Source: a virus (taxonomy: Duplodnaviria > Caudoviricetes). From it: DNA of 26,439 nt. A model generated the notes under the pieces. It was not told where the DNA came from. It saw only the letters and a list, made by a program, of their open reading frames with translations, and did not search any database. Where the stretch lies: positions 1-26,439 of the IMG/VR virus record IMGVR_UViG_3300037071_003817; one strand, 5' to 3'. The first letter of the stretch is position 1; each line of letters opens with the position of its first letter. Of this stretch, positions 17,275-26,057 are shown in pieces. A program made the position numbers and the translations under genes.

Positions 17275-17766
17275 TTACTTCGCGAACGAGACGGCCCCCT
17301 TCACGTCCATGAGCGGGTTGGGATTAACGATCCGCACGAGCACGTCGATCTGGCCCTTGTTCAAGGCCAGGAGAGCGGTGCCGGACTTGGGCGTCCAGGT
17401 CGTCTTGAGGATATCGTCGGCCGTGTAGACCGCCGCGCTCAGGGTGCCCTCCTGGGGATCCACGATTTCCGAGCCGTTGAGGTTGACCTCCTTGTTGGCC
17501 AGGACGGTCGCCACGCCGACGCCATCGCCGACGCTAACCCCTGTCGTGTTGTTCGTGTTATCCGCCGTGTTTTGAAACGGGATCGTGTTGCGGAGCTCGA
17601 CCTGGATCTTGCTCCCTTTGGGGATCGGTCCGTGTTCGAGTGTTTGCGTGGTCGTGACGGTGGCGAGGGTGAGGTCGCCCGCTGTCACGGTGAAGATATG
17701 CGTGTATCCGTTCATCGCGGACACTTCCGGCGCGGTGAGCGGCCGGAGTCTGTAACTGGTTTGCAT
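17275..17766 (-). CDS. Putative capsid decoration/cement protein
   Basis: 163 aa, Thr/Val-rich beta protein (IPKGS..V; VSVGD; GQIDVLVRIV) immediately after the major capsid gene. Confidence 0.6.
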   Translation of the reverse strand: MQTSYRLRPLTAPEVSAMNGYTHIFTVTAGDLTLATVTTTQTLEHGPIPKGSKIQVELRNTIPFQNTADNTNNTTGVSVGDGVGVATVLANKEVNLNGSEIVDPQEGTLSAAVYTADDILKTTWTPKSGTALLALNKGQIDVLVRIVNPNPLMDVKGAVSFAK

Positions 17767-17799
17767 AGGTGAGTTTGTCCTTTCCTTGGGGTGCTCGGC

Positions 17800-18840
17800 T
17801 TACGGGTGAGAGTAAGCCAACGGGTCGATTTTCATGTGCTGCAAGGGGTTGCCAAACTCGAGGCCGAGGATCGTCTCGATCAAGCCTTCCAGGCCCGCGC
17901 CCATATAGGGGAGCATGGAGTGACGCAGATAGAACAAGGGCCGGGTCTGGACCTTGGTCATATCGAGCGCGTAGCCTCGTGTCACGTAGGGCATGAAGCT
18001 GCATTGTTCGATCTGGACCGTGCCGTTGTCGCCCTCGAAAACGTCGATCCCTTTGGTCAACGTCTGGCTGTCACCACGCGAGAGCCGAGTGATCGCCGTG
18101 AAACCCGTTTTGTTGGCTTCAAAGCGGCCGAAATTCTCGCTGATGTGCGCCTTCAAGAGCGTCCCGCAGAACAGAGTCAGTTCCGCGGTGCCCCCGAGCT
18201 GGTCGTGGCGGCTGCGGAGCATGTCGTTGAGCTTCTTCTCCGTGAAGGTCGGGGTGACCAGGTCGCTTGCGACCAGGTAATCGGTGTAGATCTGCGCCGT
18301 CGGCGTCCGGTAATCCTGCGGGATCGCCGTTTGTGTGTCGCCGAAGGTGAGCGCCGCGCCCGAGGCCCCGATCGAGGTCCCATCGTTGATCGCCCGGCCG
18401 AGCGCCATCAGCGCCTCGCCCTTGTCTTTCACTCCCTGATCTTCCTTCGCGTCCTGATCGCTCAGGAGCACGGTTTCAACGTCGAAGGATTGCTCGCGGA
18501 TTTTCTTGGCCTTTTGGCCCTTATAATCCTGGCTTGCGCCCAAGAGCCCGCCGAGTTCTTCCGCCTCGGTCGTGACCATCGGGGTCCGCCAGAATTTCTG
18601 TTTCCGGTTGTAGAGCTTTTTCGCGTTGTCGCCTTCAAAGGCGTAAACGTCGATTCCTTCCGGCACCGGAGCAGTCCGGCGCGCATTGGATTTCTCGACA
18701 CCCCATCCATAAGGGCTGTCCATCATTTTCGGCCCCTTACGCACGCGGGCCAAGAATGTGACATTACGGTCGTCGGCGAGGATGAGCGCATCGCTCAGAT
18801 CCTCATGGCGGACCTGGTCCGCCTTGGTAACTCCCGGCAT
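17800..18840 (-). CDS. Major capsid protein (DUF5309/SU10-like)
   Basis: Start moved to MPGVTKADQ with AAGGAG Shine-Dalgarno (18849-18854); HEDLSDAL..TFL, NRKQKF..V(T)T, DVETVLL and FEGDNGTV motifs; follows scaffold. Confidence 0.85.
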   Translation of the reverse strand: MPGVTKADQVRHEDLSDALILADDRNVTFLARVRKGPKMMDSPYGWGVEKSNARRTAPVPEGIDVYAFEGDNAKKLYNRKQKFWRTPMVTTEAEELGGLLGASQDYKGQKAKKIREQSFDVETVLLSDQDAKEDQGVKDKGEALMALGRAINDGTSIGASGAALTFGDTQTAIPQDYRTPTAQIYTDYLVASDLVTPTFTEKKLNDMLRSRHDQLGGTAELTLFCGTLLKAHISENFGRFEANKTGFTAITRLSRGDSQTLTKGIDVFEGDNGTVQIEQCSFMPYVTRGYALDMTKVQTRPLFYLRHSMLPYMGAGLEGLIETILGLEFGNPLQHMKIDPLAYSHP

Positions 18841-18871
18841 AGTAAATTCTCCTTGGTTAGTTGTTGGTTTT

Positions 18872-20074
18872 TCAGACCATCGCCAACCCCACCCCACCCC
18901 CACCCTGGGCTTCGCTCAGGGCCTCGACATAATCAGCGTAGTCCTCATCGGTCTGGCTGCTGGCGAGGTATTTGGCGCGGGCTTCCTTCACGGACGTATC
19001 GGCCCCTGGGGCCGGTGGCGTTCCGCGAGCCGCCGAGGGCACGGCCGGAGCACGCTTGGGTTTCGGTGCGAGAAACGGTTGCAACTTGGGATCCACACTC
19101 GAGGACGGAGCGGCCGCTGCGCGCGCCGCCTGGGCCGGGAGCAGTCCGGCCGCGATCAGTTCTTCCTGTTGCTCGATCGCCGCCCTGGCCAGGGTCGCCG
19201 CGATCCAGCGACCGTTGATAGCGGTCTTGAGCGCCGGGAATTGCTCCAGCGTTTGGCTCGTCCATTTCGACATGTCACTCTCGGGATCACGCAGCTCGGG
19301 ATGTTTGGTTTCGACGTGACGCTCCCACCCTGGGCGGAGCTCCTCCGCTTTTACTTGCGCGGCCGCCTGCTGTCCTTCCTGCTGGATCTGGATCCGGCGG
19401 GCCGGGATCTGCTTCGCGATCGCGTGGTTGGCCTTGACCAACATCTCGCGAACCTCTTGCGGCGTGAAATCCTTCGTCTCTTTCGAGTCGCCCTCTCCCA
19501 CTTCTATCCCGAAAGCGCCGTCCAGGTTAAGGATGGCCCAATCGTGGATCTGTTCCGCGATGCGGAGGTGTTCGTCCAACGCCTCCATCGTCTTGAGGTT
19601 CTCGTATGGATTGCCGGAGCGCGCTGGCTGATCGGCCGGTGCGGCCGGTGGAGTCTTTTCGCCTGGCTGCTTTTCGAGGAGAGCCGTGAGTCTCTTGATC
19701 TCGGCGTCTTTCTCGGCCACTTGCGGCTCCAGTTCCCCTTTTATTTTGCCGGTGAGTGCGTCGATCCGGGCCAGGAGTTTCGGGTCGGTGTTGCGACGCT
19801 GTTCCTCCGTGAGCTCGGTCCCTTGCTGCGGAGCAGTCGATTGCTGCTCCTGGTGTTGCGGTTGCTGTTTCTCGACCTTGGCCCTGGCGCGATCCAGGAT
19901 CTCCTTGGGCACGTCCATGAGTTCCAGCATCTCGAGCTCGGGCGCGCGGTCATCGACCGGCTCCGAGTGGGTTTGCTGTTCTCCTGAGCGGTCCTGTGGC
20001 CCTGGTGAGGCGACGTTGGCGCTGGTCTGACTTTCCCCGGTGACGCCCGGAGCGGCGGCTGGTTCAGCGTTCAT
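18872..20074 (-). CDS. Capsid scaffolding protein
   Basis: Start moved to MNAEPAAAPG with GGAGG upstream; acidic disordered N-terminus, RIDALTGK coiled coil, Pro/Ala-rich C-terminus; directly upstream of capsid gene. Confidence 0.75.
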   Translation of the reverse strand: MNAEPAAAPGVTGESQTSANVASPGPQDRSGEQQTHSEPVDDRAPELEMLELMDVPKEILDRARAKVEKQQPQHQEQQSTAPQQGTELTEEQRRNTDPKLLARIDALTGKIKGELEPQVAEKDAEIKRLTALLEKQPGEKTPPAAPADQPARSGNPYENLKTMEALDEHLRIAEQIHDWAILNLDGAFGIEVGEGDSKETKDFTPQEVREMLVKANHAIAKQIPARRIQIQQEGQQAAAQVKAEELRPGWERHVETKHPELRDPESDMSKWTSQTLEQFPALKTAINGRWIAATLARAAIEQQEELIAAGLLPAQAARAAAAPSSSVDPKLQPFLAPKPKRAPAVPSAARGTPPAPGADTSVKEARAKYLASSQTDEDYADYVEALSEAQGGGGVGLAMV

Positions 20075-20236
20075 GGAATAGACCTCCCAAGTGGCAACAA
20101 CACTTATTTGGCTCGTGGCCCGAGGTTGGAGTGAAGGAATGGCCTCGCATTGCGGTCCGAGCAAAACTCGGCCGGAGAGGCAAAGTCAAAGATTCCGCTA
20201 TGGTCGGCGGACGGGATCAGACGTGATCGGCCAGGA

Positions 20237-20422
20237 TCAGGCCGGATCGGGAGAGTTCTCGTCTCGTTTAGGGTCCGGGAGGCTCGTCCAATCCTCGGTG
20301 TGGCGCTCCGCTCCGCTCGCTCCGCCAATCACGTAAAGGGGGACCTTCATCTCCCGAGCAGCTTCTTGCGCCCGTTTAATGAGCTCGCGGCCGTGCTCGA
20401 GCCCTCCGTGGGACTCGAGCAT
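20237..20422 (-). CDS. Small hypothetical protein
   Basis: MLESHGGLEHG..., 61 aa, starting just after the GH-like stop; weakly supported. Confidence 0.35.
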   Translation of the reverse strand: MLESHGGLEHGRELIKRAQEAAREMKVPLYVIGGASGAERHTEDWTSLPDPKRDENSPDPA

Positions 20423-20439
20423 GAGAAGCAGGTAGGCGT

Positions 20440-21321
20440 TTATTTGAAAATCCCGTTGTATTTGACCAGGAGATCCCGGTAGGCCGGATTTTCCCCGTCG
20501 GCCGAGTAGACCTCGACGAAATCCGCGCCCATGTTGTTCGCCGCGATGAAGCACTCCTCGAGCGTGCCTTTGAGATCGCCGCCGACGCTCCCGTCAGACG
20601 CTCCGGTCATCTGGAACCCGCCCGGGTGCGTGTCGTTAGCCGTAATCAGGTTGTTGATGTAAAACCCGCTGTTACTTTTGGCGTTGAGGCCCCATTGCAT
20701 GACGCCAAAGAGCGGATAAGCCAGGAGAGCGCGGTTGACGATCGCGATTAGCTTGGCCTGGGCGCTCGGATCCTTGAAGGGCGTCCCTCCCGCCAGGATG
20801 AACGGAGTTTGACGGAGATAGGCCGCGTAAGTGTCGACCAGGAGATTTGCGACGACCGTCCAGGAGGCCATAAAATCCTCGTTCGTTTCCGCCAGGCCGA
20901 TATCGGCCGGGAGCGGCATGTAGCTCTCGGTCTTGTAACCGAACCCGCCCATCGTGATGTAATCGACCAGGCCGTCCAGGTGGATGCAAAGCTCGCGCGT
21001 AAACCGGATCAACTTGGGCTGCACGATCGGATCAAACGGGAGGATCATGGGCCCGGTCCCGAACTGTGGCGCGGTGTAGGCTTTTGCCCCGGCCCCGATC
21101 AACCAATCCGGGTATTTGGAAAGGCAATTGACGCTCACGCCCAATTGCTTCCGCGCGGCGACGGCCTCCGCGATCGCTTTGTCGATTACGCCGAATTTGA
21201 AAACGCCATCCGACGACTCGCATTGGTTCCAGCCAATGGTTTGTCTGTCGCCCCCGAAACCGGGGTTACTGAGCGGGTTGCCTCCAATTTCAAAGAGGCC
21301 GTGCGGTCGTTTGATTCTCAT
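20440..21321 (-). CDS. Glycoside hydrolase-like TIM-barrel protein (GH42/clan GH-A-like)
   Basis: WNQCESSDGVFKFGVIDKAIAEAVAARKQLGVSV..PDWL; LPFDP; TE motif; GADFVEVYSAD; similar to the middle of the 1230-aa fusion. Confidence 0.7.
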   Translation of the reverse strand: MRIKRPHGLFEIGGNPLSNPGFGGDRQTIGWNQCESSDGVFKFGVIDKAIAEAVAARKQLGVSVNCLSKYPDWLIGAGAKAYTAPQFGTGPMILPFDPIVQPKLIRFTRELCIHLDGLVDYITMGGFGYKTESYMPLPADIGLAETNEDFMASWTVVANLLVDTYAAYLRQTPFILAGGTPFKDPSAQAKLIAIVNRALLAYPLFGVMQWGLNAKSNSGFYINNLITANDTHPGGFQMTGASDGSVGGDLKGTLEECFIAANNMGADFVEVYSADGENPAYRDLLVKYNGIFK

Positions 21322-21362
21322 GGGGTTAAATTTATCTCATAGGATCCGTGCCAAGTCCATTT

Positions 21363-21686
21363 TCACGGCCGGGTCGGTGCCATTTTCGCGGAGTTGCGGA
21401 TCCGGCCTTGCACTCGGCGAGCGTAGAGAGTTGAGCGCAGATCGGAGAGAGCTTTGGATCCGCCCAGGTGCCCGGCGGCCGTCGTCGGATCGCCCAGGTA
21501 AGCCTGGGCGCTTGCGATCGAGTTGCGCTCGGCCGTGTCGATCAACTGGTTGAACGCTCGCCAGGCCGGATGCGTGTCGGGCAAGGTGGTCAGGATCTCG
21601 TTGAGCTCGAGCTCGCCTAACTGTTTCCCCTCGCGCACGACCACGATCGGCGCGGGGCGGAAAATGGCCTCGAGGAATTTATTCAA
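21363..21686 (-). CDS. Small conserved protein following portal
   Basis: 107 aa helical protein with TTG start overlapping the portal stop (TTGA). Confidence 0.6.
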   Translation of the reverse strand: MNKFLEAIFRPAPIVVVREGKQLGELELNEILTTLPDTHPAWRAFNQLIDTAERNSIASAQAYLGDPTTAAGHLGGSKALSDLRSTLYARRVQGRIRNSAKMAPTRP

Positions 21687-23923
21687 TAGCCGCCCCCTGT
21701 GCTCGGGCCTTTGGTCGTCGGGAGCGCCTTTTGCGGTTCGATCGCCGAGGTCGCCAGGGTCCGGCCGATTTCCGGGTTGTCCCGGTATTGCTGGATCTGT
21801 TTTTGGAAGAATTGCAGCCGTTGTTGCAAGATCTCGACCGTGTCGGGGTTATCGGCCAGGCGTTTCGCCATCCTTGGGTTTTTCGACTGGAACGTCGCGT
21901 TCGTCAGCACGTCGGCCCGGAGCTGGTGGTTGCCGTGCATTGGCGGCGGGACTTCCAGGCCGTTAAAGGCGCTATTGATCGCCCCGAGCTCGTCTTTCAT
22001 CTCTTGCTGCGTGGCTTCCTGCTGTGGTCGGCTGATCCGATCGACCAGGCTCGGGTCGAGCATCTCGAGGCCAACGTCCGCGACCTGGCTCATGTCGTAT
22101 TTGCCGGTCTGATCGAGCTGGAGGAGCTGCTGGACAAGCGGGATCATTTTGGCCGCGTATTCCTCGCCCAGGTTGCGCGGATCGTAGAGTGCCCGGATCT
22201 CGTGCTGCGCCTGGATCGCGCGGGCGTCCAGGTGAAACGGCCGGCGGAGTGGTCCGACCACGGCCTGGACTTTGGCGTCCGCCTCGAACTGTTGCATCAG
22301 CATGAAAGTATGTTCCAAGACCTGGGTGTATTCGGCCAGGATATCGAAGGTCATTTCCTGGCGGTAAGCGGCCTTGAGCTCGGGATCGATGTTGACCCCA
22401 AAGAGCGGGAGAAACTCCTCCGCCCGCAGTTCCACCCGGTTCTCGATCTCGATCGAGCGCACGCTCGGCGGGGGCAAATTCATAAACTGGTAATCGGTCG
22501 CGCGATCGACCCCGAGGACGGCTCGCGGGAGCGGGTAGCCGCCCAGGGTGTCCATTCGGTTCTTGGGCACGATCAGGGGCGGGCCGAGCTCGAGCGCGGT
22601 TAGATCGGTCCGGCCGTCGCATTGCGTCTTGATCTCTTTCTCCCAGGTGTAGAGCTTTTCCGGGATCCCTTCGCTCGAGAAGATCGGGCCGTCTGTGTGC
22701 TCAATCCGGTGCACCACGTAGGGGTAACGGCCGTGATCGTAGTCCAGTTTCTCGTGCGTGGCGTAAAACGGGTTTTTGCCCTTGTCCCCGATCGCGAGCG
22801 GGTTGAACACCGTCTCGTAAATGCACGTCGAACCCTGCTCGCTCGTCCGATAGCGGGTGTGATAGAGCTCGTACATCTCCTTGAAGGTGCCGTCCCATTG
22901 CGGTTGGTAGTGGCCGGTCCGGCTGCTCGCCCCGTCCTGATAATAGTTGCGCTCGCCCATTGTCCGGCCGGTCCAGGTCGCGTTCGCCGTCTCGCCCTTG
23001 TGTTTGAGGAGCTCGGCCACGAAGTCCTCGCGGTAATCGCGCAAGCGGATCCGGCTGATGAGATCCTCGCGCGTCACCCATTCGCGATCGGCGATGTAAG
23101 GCGCGGCCTGGAGATCGCGCGTCTCGAGAGGGAAAAGCACGTCCACCCCGAGCCGTTTCGCGGTCCACCGCGGTTGTGATTTGTAGGTGTAACGAACCGG
23201 GACCTGGGCTGTGCCCATGACCTGGAGATCGTCCAGGACCCGGGCCGCTGTCCGCCTCGTCAGCACGTCGGAGATCTGCATCAGGAGCTCGATATAATTC
23301 TCCTCGTAGGCCGGATCCCGGAGCGTCTCCATGATCCGCACCATGTTGTTAGGCTTGCCCGTCTTGGACTGGATAAACATGTCGATCAACGGGAGCGTGA
23401 GCTCGTGCTCGTCGATCCGCTCCTCCTGAGCCCACTCGACCGCCATCAGGCACGCCCCGTAGGCGTACCGCCAGTTGAGGCACAAGGGGATCTCGCGCCG
23501 GACGTTTTCCGCCATTTTGGTCCCTACCATCCACTTGAGGAACATCGTTGCCTGGCTCGTCTCGCGGGTGCCGATCGCGGGCCGGAACGCTTCGCATTGG
23601 ATCTTGGCGTTGTAGCTAATGATCTTGCCAACCATGACGTGGCGGCGGACGTGTTTCTCGGCCAGGCGGATCCGGGTGTCGGAAGATCCTTCCCAGGGAA
23701 AGGGTTCGTCTGGATCGTCGGCGTAAGCGTGCTTGAGGCCGTCGTCGCTTTGCCCGTCCCATCTGGCGTGCCAATAGCCGTAGCAGTTATCCCAACGATC
23801 ATAGACTCCGTTCAAGTCAGTCAGGGATTTGTTAATGGCCGCGCTGAGAGCCTTGATTTTCGGCTTCTCGCTGGCCAGTTCGATGAGATCTTCTTCGCGT
23901 TCGCGTTCGGTTAATTCGATCAT
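21683..23923 (-). CDS. Portal protein
   Basis: 746 aa; PFPWEGSSDTRIRLAE motif, YPYV..R..GIPE motif, Gln-rich barrel-like C-terminus; lies between terminase and scaffold. Confidence 0.85.
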   Translation of the reverse strand: MIELTEREREEDLIELASEKPKIKALSAAINKSLTDLNGVYDRWDNCYGYWHARWDGQSDDGLKHAYADDPDEPFPWEGSSDTRIRLAEKHVRRHVMVGKIISYNAKIQCEAFRPAIGTRETSQATMFLKWMVGTKMAENVRREIPLCLNWRYAYGACLMAVEWAQEERIDEHELTLPLIDMFIQSKTGKPNNMVRIMETLRDPAYEENYIELLMQISDVLTRRTAARVLDDLQVMGTAQVPVRYTYKSQPRWTAKRLGVDVLFPLETRDLQAAPYIADREWVTREDLISRIRLRDYREDFVAELLKHKGETANATWTGRTMGERNYYQDGASSRTGHYQPQWDGTFKEMYELYHTRYRTSEQGSTCIYETVFNPLAIGDKGKNPFYATHEKLDYDHGRYPYVVHRIEHTDGPIFSSEGIPEKLYTWEKEIKTQCDGRTDLTALELGPPLIVPKNRMDTLGGYPLPRAVLGVDRATDYQFMNLPPPSVRSIEIENRVELRAEEFLPLFGVNIDPELKAAYRQEMTFDILAEYTQVLEHTFMLMQQFEADAKVQAVVGPLRRPFHLDARAIQAQHEIRALYDPRNLGEEYAAKMIPLVQQLLQLDQTGKYDMSQVADVGLEMLDPSLVDRISRPQQEATQQEMKDELGAINSAFNGLEVPPPMHGNHQLRADVLTNATFQSKNPRMAKRLADNPDTVEILQQRLQFFQKQIQQYRDNPEIGRTLATSAIEPQKALPTTKGPSTGGGY

Positions 23924-24396
23924 GGCGTGGGCTGTTGTTGTGGCGGCGCCGGGTCGAGGCCGATTTTGTGGAAAACTCTTGCTGCGTAAGTCGTAAATTG
24001 GAGAGGGATAGCGGGCGGGAGCGGGGCGCGGCGAACGAATTTCAGGCGATCCTGATGCACGCTACGCACTAGACCATTCTTAAATCGAACGTCAAAGATT
24101 CCCCTCCCGGTGACCCTAAGCGGAGCCCCATAGCGGTTACACCTTGGACAGGCCAATCGGCAAAGCTGGACCTCGAGCTGGCAGGCGTGGCAGGTCGCGC
24201 GTTTGTCGTGCGCCGTTTCCGAGAGGAGCTTGACCTGGCCGAGCATGAAGCAGTTAGGACAGACCAGGCGGTCCTGTTGCAGTTCGCGGCCGCAATCCAT
24301 ACAACTCCACCAGCTTCCCCAGGGCCGGATGATCTCACCCTCGCCGATCCCGCGCGCGACGTGCTTAACAATGTCATGCGGTTTCCAGGCTCTCAT
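23920..24396 (-). CDS. Double zinc-ribbon protein with SH3-like flanks
   Basis: Four CxxC motifs (CMDC, CPNC, CHAC, CPRC); ATGA overlap with portal start. Confidence 0.6.
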   Translation of the reverse strand: MRAWKPHDIVKHVARGIGEGEIIRPWGSWWSCMDCGRELQQDRLVCPNCFMLGQVKLLSETAHDKRATCHACQLEVQLCRLACPRCNRYGAPLRVTGRGIFDVRFKNGLVRSVHQDRLKFVRRAPLPPAIPLQFTTYAARVFHKIGLDPAPPQQQPTP

Positions 24397-24401
24397 AGGA
24401 C

Positions 24402-25046
24402 CTAGTTGGCTAGTTTCAGCATTACATCGGCGACCTTGTCCAGGGTCCCGTCGGCCGAGAGGGCTTTAAGTTTTTCGCATAACCGAACAAACTCAGAAAG
24501 TCGCACCATCTCCTTCTCGTAATCGTGACCCAGGAAGAACTCTCGCAACTCAGTCAGAGCTTTGATTGACAGGGTTTTTTCGGCCTCCATCGTCATGCGC
24601 CAGGAGCGCAAGTTTTTGACGGCTTTAGGGAGCTCGTCCGTGAAATTCATCACGTCCTCCCGGAAGTTATCCGTCGCTTCTTCCAGGATCCGCCTGGCGA
24701 GCTTTACCTCCTGGGCGTACTCGACGATATCGGTGTCCATAAGTGCTTTTTTCTTTCTAACTATCAGGTCCGCGACCGGCGCAACTAGCTCCGCCTCGAG
24801 TTTTTTCCAATTCTCCTCGCGATAGGGAATGTTTTGTATTTCTCCGCCTCTTGGCATATCAAACCTCGGCCGCTCTCTCGGCGGGTGGTAAATCTCGCTG
24901 CTCCTCGAAAGTAACTTTGCTGCTTCCCGGTTGATTGGTTTCCAGGCGATCGTCCCGCCCGCGACCAGCTCCCGGCTCGGCCGGACCAGTCGCCTCGGCG
25001 GTGGTGGGAGCGGCACGATGTGATCGGGTCGCAACACTGGATTCAT
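24402..25046 (-). CDS. Hypothetical coiled-coil protein
   Basis: 214 aa; Pro/Arg-rich N-terminus and helical, charged C-terminal two thirds. Confidence 0.6.
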   Translation of the reverse strand: MNPVLRPDHIVPLPPPPRRLVRPSRELVAGGTIAWKPINREAAKLLSRSSEIYHPPRERPRFDMPRGGEIQNIPYREENWKKLEAELVAPVADLIVRKKKALMDTDIVEYAQEVKLARRILEEATDNFREDVMNFTDELPKAVKNLRSWRMTMEAEKTLSIKALTELREFFLGHDYEKEMVRLSEFVRLCEKLKALSADGTLDKVADVMLKLAN

Positions 25047-25049
25047 GGC

Positions 25050-25673
25050 TCATTTCTTCTCCTTGGCTTGGGCGGCGAAATAGTGACGGCACCTGCTCTG
25101 CGCCCACTTAACAAAATCCTCTGCTGTATCCAATGGAGCACCCCAAACTTTGTAGTTGGCGTCCCTTATGTTGCACAACTCTGCCTCCGCCGTGGCGAGT
25201 CGGGCGCGAAGGTCGGATCTCTCCTGTTCACCGAAATAATTCTGGACTGCACAGAGTTTCTTGTATCGCTCCAACTCAGCCTCCGCTGTGGCGAGTTGGG
25301 TGGAAATGCAATAAGCACAGCCATCTTCCGTCGTATCGTGTCCGCAATCAGAACAAATTCTGTCGATGGCTACTAATCCCTTGCGGCGCTTGTAGTCCTC
25401 CAACTCTGCCTGCACTAGCGCGAGGGCGGCTTCGTGATTGGCACGGGAGATGTAACTTGTGTCCACGCTGGCGCTCGGTTGCTGGCGCTGCGCGCTTAGT
25501 TCGCGTCGATTCCATGCAACGATAGCTGATTCTTGTCCGAGTGAGTTGTTATTGTAGGAACCACATTTTGCACAGCCGACTCTCCAATGATCTTTGTGCG
25601 TTTCTGCCAGCTCAGGATCTGGATTGCCACAGAATGGGCAGGGTAAAAGTTTAGGCGTGTCGCTCATGCTCAT
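25050..25673 (-). CDS. Lar family restriction-alleviation-like protein with coiled-coil extension
   Basis: LLPCPFCG..V.CAKCG..AIVAWNRR is the Lar-family signature; followed by CSDC..CAYC and two LATAEAEL repeats. Confidence 0.8.
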   Translation of the reverse strand: MSMSDTPKLLPCPFCGNPDPELAETHKDHWRVGCAKCGSYNNNSLGQESAIVAWNRRELSAQRQQPSASVDTSYISRANHEAALALVQAELEDYKRRKGLVAIDRICSDCGHDTTEDGCAYCISTQLATAEAELERYKKLCAVQNYFGEQERSDLRARLATAEAELCNIRDANYKVWGAPLDTAEDFVKWAQSRCRHYFAAQAKEKK

Positions 25674-25867
25674 TTCGGTGCGACTAATCCCAGGGATTGC
25701 TTGACGGCGGGCCAGTCGTATTTCTTGCGACCGTGCTCGCTGAATTTTCTCGGCTTGATCTCGCCTTCCCGGATCAGTCGGTTGACCTCGTTCTTGCCGA
25801 CACCCAGGGCGGTTAGGGCGTCGATCAGTTCGCTCCGGTTGAGAAATCTCGTTAGTCTCTTACTCAC
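25670..25867 (-). CDS. Small HTH DNA-binding protein (excisionase/MerR-like)
   Basis: 65 aa basic protein; LGVGKNEVNRLIREGEIKP..GRKKY pattern. Confidence 0.6.
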   Translation of the reverse strand: MSKRLTRFLNRSELIDALTALGVGKNEVNRLIREGEIKPRKFSEHGRKKYDWPAVKQSLGLVAPK

Positions 25868-26054
25868 GTTGCGGGTGGATTTTGGTTTTGATGGCCGACC
25901 ATCGTTTGCGGATGCTATCGGCGGTCTTTTCCAGGGGCTCGACGTAGAGGGCCGTAGGGCAAATTAACACCGGCTCACCCTGGAGATAGTTCGCCCTGGC
26001 GTGCATCTCTTTTGGCATACCGCAGCGGGCACAAGTGTCATTTTCGATTTCCAT
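25860..26054 (-). CDS. Small Cys/His zinc-finger-like protein
   Basis: 64 aa with CARCG..H..C; starts 3 nt after the terminase stop. Confidence 0.55.
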   Translation of the reverse strand: MEIENDTCARCGMPKEMHARANYLQGEPVLICPTALYVEPLEKTADSIRKRWSAIKTKIHPQRE

Positions 26055-26057
26055 TTT

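Noticed and set aside
17767-17830. Capsid read-through or frameshift extension into the decoration gene
   Set aside because: No clear slippery sequence, and the downstream gene has its own purine-rich ribosome binding site and ATG.
21322-21362. Possible sigma54 or sigma70 promoter upstream of the GH-like gene
   Set aside because: TGGCAC is not followed by TTGC at the right spacing, and TGGACT-N17-GATAAA is only a weak match.
388-23914. Many long plus-strand ORFs (e.g. 1558-2952, 3425-4651, 7510-8925, 12994-14394, 17791-19218)
   Set aside because: They are antisense shadows of real minus-strand genes in GC-rich DNA, Arg-rich and without recognisable motifs.
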